Source of the DNA: Balanoglossus misakiensis
Taxonomy: Eukaryota; Animalia; Hemichordata
Direction of reading: 5' to 3'
Assembly (NCBI GenBank): GCA_040954595.2
Contig: CM082584.2
Span: forward strand, 482,281-546,280
DNA: 64,000 bases
Below, one piece after another: positions 51,101-64,000 of the stretch; positions within the stretch are counted from its first letter, which is position 1; every line of letters starts with the position of its first letter. The position numbers and the translations under genes were made by a program. The notes under the pieces were generated by a model. That model saw only the letters and a program-made list of their open reading frames with translations. It ran no database searches and was not told the origin of the DNA.

Positions 51101-54100
51101 AATATGGCCAAAATGGCTATTTTTTCTTGAATTCCGTCAATATCTCTGCATTTTTGGAGTGGTCGAAAGTCTTAACATACAATCAACATGTCATATATGA
51201 TCAGGGCACCAAATTCGAAGAACAAAGGTTTTTTAATTTTTTTTTCTAAAAATGACATTTTCAAGGAAAATTTGGTAAAACGCAATTTTGTCTGCAGTGA
51301 GCCAAATTAGACGGTCTTTTGTGGAATTTGTATCGATATATACATGCGAAGAGCATTCTATACTCCATCAGATTTCCGAAAATGTAGAAAACAGGTATTT
51401 TTTGTAATTTTCAAAAATTTACCATTTTGACCAAATTGTGGCTACAATTGTTATTTTCGTGTTGAATGCCGCCAGTGTCACTGCTTTTAAAAGCCATAAA
51501 AACTTTTAACATACAAGCAATTGTTTATATATGATCAGGTCACCGAATTAAAAAAATAAAGAATGTTTTGCCTAAAAATGACCTTTTTGGTGCAAAAACA
51601 AATAAAACGCAATTTTGTATTGAATCAGAATGCATTTTTTATAATCATCACCATTTTTACATATAATGGAAATTTCATACATCATCAGATATCCAAATAT
51701 GAAAAAATGATTTAGATTTTAGATGATTGTCCAAAATTAGTTGATATCTAATAAATGTAGTATTGAACCATTCTGTTCCCCCCCCCCCCTACATTATATG
51801 CGGTACGCCGATGTCAGCTTACCCGGCAGTACTGCAGGCCGTGCCCCCAACTAACGTCGGTGTTTGAAACGCCCTGGTTAATTTCGGGCTTTCTCTATAA
51901 ATTGACAGGCAATAATGCAGTCCTACCCGAACAAATGTCAAGTGTTGAACCGCTGTGACTTTCCCTCTTCGGTTTGCCCGACTTAGCCAACGTCTTTGTA
52001 CTAGAGTGTCGGGTCTTTTGCAGAGCCAGGCCGAAGGAAATCCGACTTGATCACCGTTGCTAACGAACGCTAGTGTCTATCATGGTGTGCCGGGGTTTTA
52101 GTCGAGTCAGGCCGTAGGAGATCTGACTTGATCATCGTGGTCAATGTACGCGTGTTTCCGCTCTAAAGTACCGGGGCTTCAGGTAAACCAGGCCGTAGGA
52201 AATCCGACGTAATCACCGTTGATAACTTACGCCAGTCTGTGTCATATAGAGCCGGTGCACCAGCCGAGTCACGCCGTAGGAAATCTGACTTGATCAACGT
52301 GGTCAATGTACGCCTGTTTCTGCTCTAGAGTGCCGGGGCTTCAGCTGAGCCAGGCCGTAGGAAACCCGACGTGATTACCGTTGTTAACTTACGCCAGTCT
52401 GTGTCATATATATAGTGCCGGGGCATCAGCCGTGCCAGGCCGAAGGAAATGTGAGTAGATCAACGTGGTCTCTGTACGCGTGTTTCTGCTCTAGAGTGCC
52501 AGGGCTTTAGCCAAGCCATGCCGTAGGAAATCTGACTTGATCAACGTTGCTAACGAACGCTAGTGTCTGTCATAGTGTGCCGGGGTTTTAGTCGAGCCAA
52601 GCCGTAGGAGATTAGACTTGATCAACGTGGTCTCTGTACGCGTGTTTCTGCTCTAGAGTGCCGGGGCTTTATCCAAGCCATGCCGTAGAAAATCTGACTT
52701 GATCACCGTTGCTAACGTACGCTAGTGTCTGTCATATTGTGACGGAGATTTAGCCGAGCCAGGCCATAGAAAAATCGACTTGTTCAACGTTACCAGTGTG
52801 CAACTGTTTCTGCTCTAGAGTGTCAGGGTTTTAGCCGACTTATGCTGTTGGAAATCTGAGTTGATGAACGGGAATTCAATGTTAGAAAACCCTTGTGGAA
52901 AGTATCTCTACCCGTTTGAAACTAAGAAAAGAATTTATTCTTATTTATTTTGTAAAAAAGACAATTTTTCGAAAAAAAGTCGAAAATGGTAATTTTGTCT
53001 TGGGTGATTCAAATTATACCGCCTTTTCTGGAATTTGCTGAACTTCTTACAAGAGAACGACACTTCATGCTCCATAATATTTCGGAAAATGAAGAAAAGA
53101 GTTATTTTTTTATGATTTTTTAAAAATTTACCATTTTAGTCAAAATATGGCCAAAATGGCTATTTTTTCTTGAATTCCGTCAATATATCTGCATTTTTGG
53201 AGTGGTCGAAAGTTTTAACATACAATCAACATGTCATATATGATCAGGGCACCAAATTCGAAGAACAAAGGTTTTTTTATTTTTTTTTCTTCTAAAAATG
53301 ACATTTTCAAGGAAAATTTGGTAAAACGCATTTTGTCTGCAGTGAGCCAAATTAGACGGTCTTTTGTGGAATTTGTATCGATATATCCATACGAAGAGCA
53401 TTCTATACTCCATCAGATTTCCGAAAATGTAGAAAACAGGTATTTTTTGTAATTTTCAAAAATTTACCATTTTGACCAAATTGTGGCTAAAATTGTTATT
53501 TTCGTGTTGAATGCCGCCAGTGTCACTGCTTTTAAAAGTCATAAAAACTTTTAACATACAAGCAATTGTTTATATATGATCAGGTCACCGAATTAAAAAA
53601 ATAAAGAATGTTTTGCCTAAAAATGACCTTTTTGGTGTAAAAACGAATAAAACGCAATTTTGTATTAAATCAGAATGCACTTTTTATAATCAGCACCATT
53701 TTTACATGTAATGGAAATTTCATACATCATCAGATATCCAAATATGAAAAAATGATTTAGATTTTAGATGATTGTCCAAAATTAGCTGATATCTAATAAA
53801 TGTAGTATTGAACCGTTCTGTCCCCCCCCTACATTATATGCGGTACGCCGATGTCAGCTTACCCGGCAGTATTGCAGGCCGTGCCCCCAACTAACGTTGG
53901 TGTTTGAAACGCCCTGGTTAAATACGGGCTTTCTCTATAAATTGACAGGCAATAATGCAGTCCTACCCGAACAAATGTCAAGTGTTAAACCGCTGTGACT
54001 TTCCCTCTTCGGTTTGCCCGACTTAGCCAACGTCTTTGTACTAGAGTGTCGGGTCTTTTGCAGAGCCAGGCCGAAGGAAATCCGACTTGATCACCGCTGT

Positions 54101-57100
54101 AACGAACGCTAGTGTCTATCATGGTGTGCCGGGGTTTTAGTCGAGCCAGGCCGTAGGAGATCTGACTTGATCATCGTGGTCAATGTACGCGTGTTTCCGC
54201 TCTAAAGTACCGGGGCTTCAGGTAAACCAGGCCGTAGGACATCCGCCGTAATCACCGTTGATAACTTACGCCTGTCTGTGTCATATAGAGCCGGTGCACC
54301 AGCCGAGTCACGCCGTAGGAAATCTGACTTGATCAACGTGATCAATGTACGCCTGTTTCTGCTCTAGAATGCCGGGGCTTCAGCTGAGCCAGGCCGTAGG
54401 AAACCCGACGTGATTACCGTTGTTAACTTACGCCAGTCTGTGTCCTATATATAGTGCCGGGGCATCAGCCGTGCCAGGCCGAAGGAAATGTGAGTAGATC
54501 AACGTGGTCTCTGTACGCGTGTTTCTGCTCTAGAGTGTCTTGGCTTTAGCCAAGCCATGCCGTAGGAAATCTGACTTGATCAACGTTGCTAACGAACGCT
54601 AGTGTCTGTCATAGTGTGCCGGGGTTTTAGTCGAGCCAAGCCGTAGGAGATCAGACTTGATAAACGTGGTCTCTGTACGCGTGTTTCTGCTCTAGAGTGC
54701 CGGGGCTTTATCCAAGCCATGCCGTAGAAAATCTGACTTGATCACCGTTGCTAACGTACGCTAGTGTCTGTCATATTGTGACGGACATTTAGCGGAGCCA
54801 GGCCGTAGAAAAATCGACTTGTTCAACGTTACCAGTGTGCAACTGTTTCTGCTCTAGAGTGTCAGGGTTTTAGCCGACTTATGCTGTAGGAAATCTGAGT
54901 TGATGAACGGGAATTCAATGTTAGAAAACCCGTGTGGAAAGTATCTCTACCCGTTTGAAACTAAGAAAAGAATTTATTCTTATTTATTTTGTAAAAAAGA
55001 CAATTTTTCGAAAACAAGTCGAAAATGGTAATTTTGTCTTGGGTGATTTAAATTATACCGCCTTTTCTGGAATTTGCAGCACTTTTTACAAGACAACGAC
55101 ACTTCATGCTCCATAATATTTCCGAAAAAATAAGAAAAGAGTTAATTTTTTATGATTTTTTAAAAATTTACCATTTTTGTCAAAATATGGCCAAAATGGC
55201 TATTTTTTCTTGAATTCCGTCAATATCTCTGCATTTTTGGAGTGGTCGAAAGTCTTAACATACAATCAACATGTCATATATGATCAGGGCACCAAATTCG
55301 AAGAACAAAGGTTTTTTAATTTTTTTTCCTAAAAATGACATTTTCAAGGAAAATTTGGTAAAACGCAATTTTGTCTGCAGTGAGCCAAATTAGACGGTCT
55401 TTTGTGGAATTTGTATCGATATATACATGCGAAGAGCATTCTATACTCCATCAGATTTCCGAATATGTAGAAAACAGGTATTTTTTGTAATTTTCAAAAA
55501 TTTACCATTTTGACCAAATTGTGGCTACAATTGTTATTTTCGTGTTGAATGCCGCCAGTGTCACTGCTTTTAAAAGTCATAAAAACTTTTAACATACAAG
55601 CAATTGTTTATATATGATCAGGTCACCGAATTAAAAAAATAAAGAATGTTTTGCCTAAAAATGACCTTTTTGGTGCAAAAACGAATAAAACGCAATTTTG
55701 TATTGAATCAGAATGCATTTTTTATAATCAGCACCATTTTTACATATAATGGAAATTTCATACATCATCAGATATCCAAATATGAAAAAATGATTTAGAT
55801 TTTAGATGATTGTCCAAAATTAGTTGATATCTAATAAATGTAGTATTGAACCATTCTGTTCCCCCCCCCTACATTATATGCGGTACGCCGATGTCAGCTT
55901 ACCCGGCAGTACTGCAGGCCGTGCCCCCAACTAACGTCGGTGTTTGAAACGCCCTGGTTAATTTCGGGCTTTCTCTATAAATTGACAGGCAATAATGCAG
56001 TCCTACCCGAACAAATGTCAAGTGTTGAACCGCTGTGACTTTCCCTCTTCGGTTTGCCCGACTTAGCCAACGTCTTTGTACTAGAGTGTCGGGTCTTTTG
56101 CAGAGCCAGGCCGAAGGAAATCCGACTTGATCACCGTTGCTAACGAACGCTAGTGTCTGTCATGGTGTGCCGGGGTTTTAGTCGAGCCAGGCCGTAGGAG
56201 ATCTGACTTGATCATCGTGGTCAATGTACGCGTGTTTCCGCTCTAAAGTGCCGGGGCTTCAGCTAAACCAGGCCGTAGGAAATCCGACGTAATCAATGTT
56301 GATTACTTACGCCAGTCTGTGTCATATAGAGCCGGTGCACCAGCCGAGTCACGCCGTAGGAAATCTGACTTGATCAACGTGGTCAATGTACGCCTGTTTC
56401 TGCTCTAGAGTGCCGGGGCTTCAGCTGAGCCAGGCCGTAGGAAACCCGACGTGATTACCGTTGTTAACTTACGCCAGTCTGTGTCCTATATATAGTGCCG
56501 GGGCATCAGCCGTGCCAGGCCGAAGGAAATGTGAGTAGATCAACGTGGTCTCTGTACGCGTGTTTCTGCTCTAGAGTGCCAGGACTTTAGCCAAGCCATG
56601 CCGTAGGAAATCTGACTTGATCAACGTTGCTAACGAACGCTAGTGTCTGTCAAAGTGTGCCATGGTTTTAGTCGAGCCAAGCCGTAGGAGATCAGACTTG
56701 ATCGTCTCTGTACGCGTGTTTCTGCTCTAGAGTGCCGGGGCTTTATCCAAGCCATGCCGTAGAAAATCTGACTTGATCACCGTTGCTAACGTACGCTAGT
56801 GTCTGTCATATTGTGACGGTGATTTAGCAGAGCCAGGCCCTAGAAAAATCGACATGTTCAACGTTACCAGTGTGCAACTGTTTCTGCTCTAGAGTGTCAG
56901 GGTTTTAGCCGACTTATGCTGTAGGAAATCTGAGTTGATGAATGGGAATTCAATGTTAGAAAACCCGTGTGGAAAGTATCTCTACCCGTTTGAAACTAAG
57001 AAAAGAATTTATTCTTATTTATTTTGTAAAAAAGACAATTTTTCGAAAAAAAGTCGAAAATGGTAATTTTGTCTTGGGTGATTCAAATTATACCGCCTTT

Positions 57101-60100
57101 TCTGGAATTTGCTGCACTTCTTACAAGAGAACGACACTTCATGCTCCATAATATTTCGGAAAATGAAGAAAAGAGTTATTTTTTTATGATTTTTTAAAAA
57201 TTTACCATTTTTGTCAAAATATGGCCAAAATGGCTATTTTTTCTTGAATTCCGTCAATATATCTGCATTTTTGGAGTGGTCGAAAGTTTTAACATACAAT
57301 CAACATGTCATATATGATCAGGGCACCAAATTCGAAGAACAAAGGTTTTTTTATTTTTTTTCTTCTAAAAATGACATTTTCAAGGAAAATTTGGTAAAAC
57401 GCAATTTTGTCTGCAGTGAGCCAAATTAGACGGTCTTTTGTGGAATTTGTATCGATATATACATACGAAGAGCATTCTATACTCCATCAGATTTCCGAAA
57501 ATGTAGAAAACAGGTATTTTTTTGTAATTTTCAAAAATTTACCATTTTGATCAAATTGTGGCTAAAATTGTTATTTTCGTGTTGAATGCCGCCAGTGTCA
57601 CTGCTTTTAAAAGTCATAAAAACTTTTAACATACAAGCAATTGTTTATATATGATCAGGTCACCGAATTAAAAAAATAAAGAATGTTTTGCCTAAAAATG
57701 ACCTTTTTGGTGCAAAAACGAATAAAACGCAATTTTGTATTAAATCAGAATGCATTTTTTATAATCAGCACCATTTTTACATGTAATGGAAATACATCAT
57801 CAGATATCCAAATATGAAAAAATGATTTAGATTTTAGATGATTGTCCAAAATTAGCTGATATCTAATAAATATAGTATTGAACCGTTCTGTCCCCCCCCC
57901 CCCCTACATTATATGCGGTACGCCGATGTCAGCTTACCCGGCAGTACTGCAGGCCGTGCCCCCAACTAAAGTCGGTGTTTGAAACGCCCTGGTTAAATTC
58001 GGGCTTTCTCTATAAATTGACAGGCAATAATGCCGTCCTACCGGAACAAATGTCGAGTGTTGACCCGCTGTGACTTTCCCTCTTCGGTTTGCCCGACTTA
58101 GCCAACGTCTTTGTACTAGAGTGTCGGGTCTTTTGCAGAGCCAGGCCGAAGGAAATCCGACTTGATCACCGTTGCTAACGAACGCTAGTGTCTGTCATGG
58201 TGTGCCGGGGTTTTAGTCGGGCCAGGCCGTAGGAGATCTGACTTGATCATCGTGGTCAATGTACGCGTGTTTCCGCTCTAAAGTGCCGGGGCTTCAGCTA
58301 AACCAGGCCGTAGGACATCCGCCGTAATCACCGTTGATAACTTACGCCAGTCTGTGTCATATAGAGCCGGTGCACCAGCCGAGTCACGCCGTAGGAAATC
58401 TGACTTGATCAACGTGGTCAATGTACGCCTGTTTCTGCTCTAGAATGCCGGGGCTTCAGCTGAGCCAGGCCGTAGGAAACCCGACGTGATTACCGTTGTT
58501 AACTTACCCCAGTCTGTGTCCTATATATAGTGCCGGGGCATCAGCCGTGACAGGCCGAAGGAAATGTGAGTAGATCAACGTGGTCTCTGTACGCGTGTTT
58601 CTGCTCTAGAGTGCCAGGGCTTTAGCCAAGCCATGCCGTAGGAAATCTGACTTGATCAACGTTGCTAACGAACGCTAGTGTCTGTCATAGTGTGCCGGGG
58701 TTTTAGTCGAGCCAAGCCGTAGGAGATCAGACTTGATCAACGTGGTCTCTGTACGCGTGTTTCTGCTCTAGAGTGCCGGGGCTTTATCCAAGCCATGCCG
58801 TAGAAAATCTGACTTGATCACCGTTGCTAACGTACGCTAGTGTCTGTCATATTGTGACGGACATTTAGCGGAGCCAGGCCGTAGAAAAATCGACTTGTTC
58901 AACGTTACCAGTGTGCAACTGTTTCTGCTCTAGAGTGTCAGGGTTTTAGCCGACTTATGCTGTAGGAAATCTGAGTTGATGAAGGGGAATTCAATGTTAG
59001 AAAACCCGTGTGGAAAGTATCTCTACCCGTTTGAAACTAAGAAAAGAATTTATTCTTATTTATTTTGTAAAAAAGACAATTTTTCGAAAACATGTCGAAA
59101 ATGGTAATTTTGTCTTGGGTGATTGAAATTATACCGCCTTTTCTGGAATTTGCAGCACTTTTTACAAGAGAACGACACTTCATGCTCCATAATATTTCCG
59201 AAAAAATAAGAAAAGAGTTAATTTTTTATGATTTTTTAAAAATTTACCATTTTTGTCAAAATATGGCCAAAATGGCTATTTTTTCTTGAATTCCGTCAAT
59301 ATCTCTGCATTTTTGGAGTGGTCGAAAGTCTTAACATACAATCAACATGTCATATATGATCAGGGCACCAAATTCGAAGAACAAAGGTTTTTTAATTTTT
59401 TTTTCTAAAAATGACATTTTCAAGGAAAATTTGGTAAAACGCAATTTTGTCTGCAGTGAGCCAAATTAGACGGTCTTTTGTGGAATTTGTATCGATATAT
59501 ACATGCGAAGAGCATTCTATACTCCATCAGATTTCCGAAAATGTAGAAAACAGGTATTTTTTGTAATTTTCAAAAATTTACCATTTTGACCAAATTGTGG
59601 CTACAATTGTTATTTTCGTGTTGAATGCCGCCAGTGTCACTGCTTTTAAAAGTCATAAAAACTTTTAACATACAAGCAATTGTTTATATATGATCAGGTC
59701 ACCGAATTAAAAAAATAAAGAATGTTTTGCCTAAAAATGACCTTTTTGGTGCAAAAACGAATAAAACGCAATTTTGTATTGAATCATAATGCATTTTTTA
59801 TAATCAGCACCATTTTTACATATAATGGAAATTTCATACATCATCAGATATCCAAATATGAAAAAATGATTTAGATTTTAGATGATTGTCCAAAATTAGT
59901 TGATATCTAATAAATGTAGTATTGAACCATTCTGTTCCCCCCCCCTACATTATATGCGGTACGCCGATGTCAGCTTACCCGGCAGTACTGCAGGCCGTGC
60001 CCCCAACTAACGTCGGTGTTTGAAACGCCCTGGTTAATTTCGGGCTTTCTCTATAAATTGACAGGCAATAATGCAGTCCTACCCGAACAAATGTCAAGTG

Positions 60101-63100
60101 TTGAACCGCTGTGACTTTCCCTCTTCGGTTTGCCCGACTTAGCCAACGTCTTTGTACTAGAGTGTCGGGTCTTTTGCAGAGCCAGGCCGAAGGAAATCCG
60201 ACTTGATCACCGTTGTTAACTTACGCCAGTCTGTGTCCTATATATAGTGCCGGGGCATCAGCCGTGCCAGGCCGAAGGAAATGTGAGTAGATCAACGTGG
60301 TCTCTGTACGCGTGTTTCTGCTCTAGAGTGCCAGGGCTTTAGCCAAGCCATGCCGTAGGAAATCTGACTTGATCAACGTTGCTAACGAACGCTAGTGTCT
60401 GTCATAGTGTGCCAGGGTTTTAGTCGAGCCAAGCCGTAGGAGATCAGACTTGATTAACGTGGTCTCTGTACGCGTGTTTCTGCTCTAGAGTGCCGGGGCT
60501 TTATCCAAGCCATGCCGTAGAAAATCTGACTTGATCACCGTTGCTAACGTACGCTAGTGTCTGTCATATTGTGACGGAGATTTAGCAGAGCCAGGCCGTA
60601 GAAAAATCGACATGTTCAACGTTACCAGTGTGCAACTGTTTCTGCTCTAGAGTGTCAGGGTTTTAGCCGACTTATGCTGTAGGAAATCTGAGTTGATGAA
60701 TGGGAATTCAATGTTAGAAAACCCGTGTGGAAAGTATCTCTACCCGTTTGAAACTAAGAAAAGAATTTATTCTTATTTATTTTGTAAAAAAGACAATTTT
60801 TCGAAAAAAAGTCGAAAATGGTAATTTTGTCTTGGGTGATTCAAATTATACCGCCTTTTCTGGAATTTGCAGCACTTTTTACAAGAGAACGACACTTCAT
60901 GCTCCATTATATTTCCGAAAATGAAGAAAAGAGTTAATTTTTTATGATATTTTAAAAATTTACCATTTTTGTCAAAATATGGCCAAAATGGCTATTTTTT
61001 CTTGAATTCCGTCAATATCTCTGCATTTTTGGAGTGGTCTAAAGTTTTAACATATAATCAACATGTCATATATGATCAGGGCACCAAATTCGAAGAACAA
61101 AGGTTTTTTTATTTTTTTTTCTAAAAATGACATTTTCAAGGAAAATTTGGTAAAACGCAATTTTGTCTGCAGTGAGCCAAATTGGCCGTTTTTTGTGGAA
61201 TTTGTATCGATATATATATACGAAGAGCATTCTATACTCCATCAGATTTCCGAAAATGTAGAAAACAGGTATTTTTGTAATTTTCAAAAATTTACCATTT
61301 TGACCAAATTGTGGCTAAAATTGTTATTTTCGTGTTGAATGCCGCCAGTGTCACTGCTTTTAAAAGTCATAAAAACTTTTAACATACAAGCAATTGTTTA
61401 TATATGATCAGGTCACCGAATTAAAAAAATAAAGAATGTTTTGCGTAAAAATGACCTTTTTGGTGCAAAAACGAATAAAACGCAATTTTGTATTAAATCA
61501 GAATGCATTTTTTATAATCAGCACCATTTTTACATGTAATGGAAATTTAATACATCATCAGATATCCAAATATGAAAAAAATTATTTAGATTTTAGATGA
61601 TTGTCCAAAATTAGCTGATATCTAATAAATGTAGTATTGAACCGTTCTGTTCCCCCCCCCCCCTACATTATATGCGGTACGCCGATGTCAGCTTACCCGG
61701 CAGTACTGCTGGCCGTGCCCCCAACTAACGTCGGTGTTTGAAACGCTCTGGTTAAATTCGGGCTTTTTCTATAAATTGACAGGCAATAATGCAGTCCTAC
61801 CGGAACAAATGTCGAGTGTTGACCCGCTGTGACTTTCCCTCTTCGGTTTGCCCGACTTAGCCAACGTCTTTGTACTAGAGTGTCGGGTCTTTTGCAGAGC
61901 CAGGCCGTAGGAGATCTGACTTGATCATCGTGGTCAATGTACGCGTGTTTCCGCTCTAAAGTGCCGGGGCTTCAGCTAAACCAGGCCGTAGGAAATCCGA
62001 CGTAATCACTGTTGATAACTTACGCCAGTCTGTGTCATATAGAGCCGGTGCACCAGCCGAGTCACGCCGTAGGAAATCTGACTTGATCAACGTGGTCAAT
62101 GTACGCCTGTTTTTGCTCTAGAGTGCCGGGGCTTCAGCTGAGCCAGGCCGTAGGAAACCCGACGTGATTACCGTTGTTAACTTACGCCAGTCTGTGTCCT
62201 ATATATAGTGCCGGGGCATCAGCCGTGCCAGGCCGAAGGAAATGTGAGTAGATCAACGTGGTCTCTGTACGCGTGTTTCTGCTCTAGAGTGCCAGGACTT
62301 TAGCCAAGCCATGCCGTAGGAAATCTGACTTGATCAACGTTGCTAACGAACGCTAGTGTCTGTCATAGTGTGCCGGGGTTTTAGTCGAGCCAAGCCGTAG
62401 GAGTTCAGACTTGATCAACGTGGTCTCTGTACGCGTGTTTCTGCTCTAGAGTGCCGGGGCTTTATCCAAGCCATGCCGTAGAAAATCTGACTTGATCACC
62501 GTTGCTAACGTACGCTAGTGTCTGTCATATTTTGACGGAGATTTAGCCGAGCTAGGCCGTAGAAAAATCGACTTGTTCAACGTTACCAGTGTGCAACTGT
62601 TTCTGCTCTAGAGTGTCAGGGTTTTAGCCGACTTATGCTGTAGGAAATCTGAGTTGATGAACGGGAATTCAATGTTAGAAAACCCGTGTGGAAAGTATCT
62701 CTACCCTTTTGAAACTAAGAAAATAATTTATTCTTATTTATTTTGTAAAAAAGACAATTTTTCGGAAAATGTCGAAAATGGTAATTTTGACTTGGGTGAT
62801 TCAAATTATACCGCCTTTTTTGGAATTTGCAGCACTTTTTACAAGAGAACGACACTTCATGCTCCATAATATTTCCGAAAATGAAGAAAAGAGTTAATTT
62901 TTTAAGATTTTTTTAAAATTTACCATTTTTGTCAACATATGGCCAAAATGGCTATTTTTTCTTGAATTCCGTCAATATATCTGCATTTTTGGAGTGGTCG
63001 AAAGTTTTAACATACAATCAACATGTCATATATGATCAGGGCACCAAATTCGAAGAACAAAGGTTTTTTTATTTTTTTTTCTAAAAATGACATTTTCAAG

Positions 63101-64000
63101 GAAAATTTGGTAAAACGCAATTTTGTCTGCAGTGAGCCAAATTAGACGGTCTTTTGTGGAATTTGTATCGATATATACATACGAAGAGCATTCTATACTC
63201 CATCAGATTTCCGAAAATGTAGAAAACAGGTATTTTTTGTAATTTTCAAAAATTTACCATTTTGACCAAATTGTGGCTAAAATTGTTATTTTCGTGTTGA
63301 ATGCCGCCAGTGTCAATGCTTTTAAAAGTCAGAAAAACTTTTAACATACAAGCAATTGTTTATATATGATCAGGTCACCGAATTAAAAAAATAAAGAATG
63401 TTTTGCCTAAAAATGACCTTTTTGGTGCAAAAACGAATAAAACGCAACTTTGTATTAAATCAGCTCATTCAGAGTGCATTTTTATAATCAGCACCATTTT
63501 TACATATAATGGAAATTTCATACATCATCAGATATCCAAATATGAAAAAATGAATTAGAAATATTTAAGATGATTGTCCAAAATTAGCTGATATCTGAAA
63601 AATGTAGTATTGAACCGTTCTGTTTCCCCCCCCCCCCTACATAACATGCGGTACGCCGATGTCAGTTTACCCGGCAGTACTGCAGGCCGTGCCCCCAACT
63701 AACGTCGGTGTTTGAAACGCCCTGGTTAAATTCGAGCTTTCTCTACAAATTGACAGGCAATAATGCAGTCCTACCCGAACAAATGTCGAGTGTTGACCCG
63801 CTGTGACTTTCCCTCTTCGGTTTGCCCGACTTAGCCAACGTCTTTGTACTAGAGTGTCAGGTCTTTTGCAGAGCCAGGCCGAAGGAAATCCGACTTGATC
63901 ACCGTTGCTAACGAACGCTAGTGTCTGTCATGGTGTGCCGGGGTTTTAGTCGAGCCAGGCCGTAGGAGATCTGACTTGATCATCGTGGTCAATGTACGCG
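42116..64000. repeat. Composite macrosatellite, segment 3 (right of the Tx1 element, runs off the window end)
   Basis: Same unit; poly-C landmarks at about 43725, 45790, 47689, 49736, 51778, 53822, 55861, 57892, 59937, 61652 and 63627. Confidence 0.97.

Noticed and set aside
2071-62869. Recurring 60-95 aa ORFs (MESISTRLK..., MSKYGQNGY..., MNRSVPPP..., MMNGNSML...)
   Set aside because: They lie in satellite DNA, mostly start at GTG or TTG, have F/K/I-biased composition, and open or close with homopolymer length between units. No domain is recognisable.

Overview
Eukaryotic, probably invertebrate-animal, repetitive DNA with no recognisable host gene. About 80% of the window is a head-to-tail macrosatellite of about 26 units (canonical unit about 2.05 kb, range about 1.55-2.4 kb). 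Each unit has an AT-rich block of diverged ~330-bp subrepeats, a variable poly-C tract, a conserved ~230-bp linker and a GC-richer array of about 11 diverged 81-bp subrepeats. Five mobile-element insertions interrupt the array. (1-2) Two identical copies of a 187-bp 5'-truncated L2/CR1-type LINE 3' end (3870-4056, 24200-24386). (3) A 4067-bp non-autonomous CACTA/EnSpm-like DNA transposon (15546-19612, TA TSD) with phased palindromic subterminal arrays and an internal 70-bp minisatellite. (4) An apparently full-length Tx1/L1-clade retrotransposon (35315-42115, 13-bp TSD, poly-A). (5) A 1764-bp Mutator-like element with a 9-bp TSD nested in that retrotransposon's ORF1. The many short recurring ORFs in the track are satellite artefacts. 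All calls come from reading the sequence by eye; no alignments or database searches were run.
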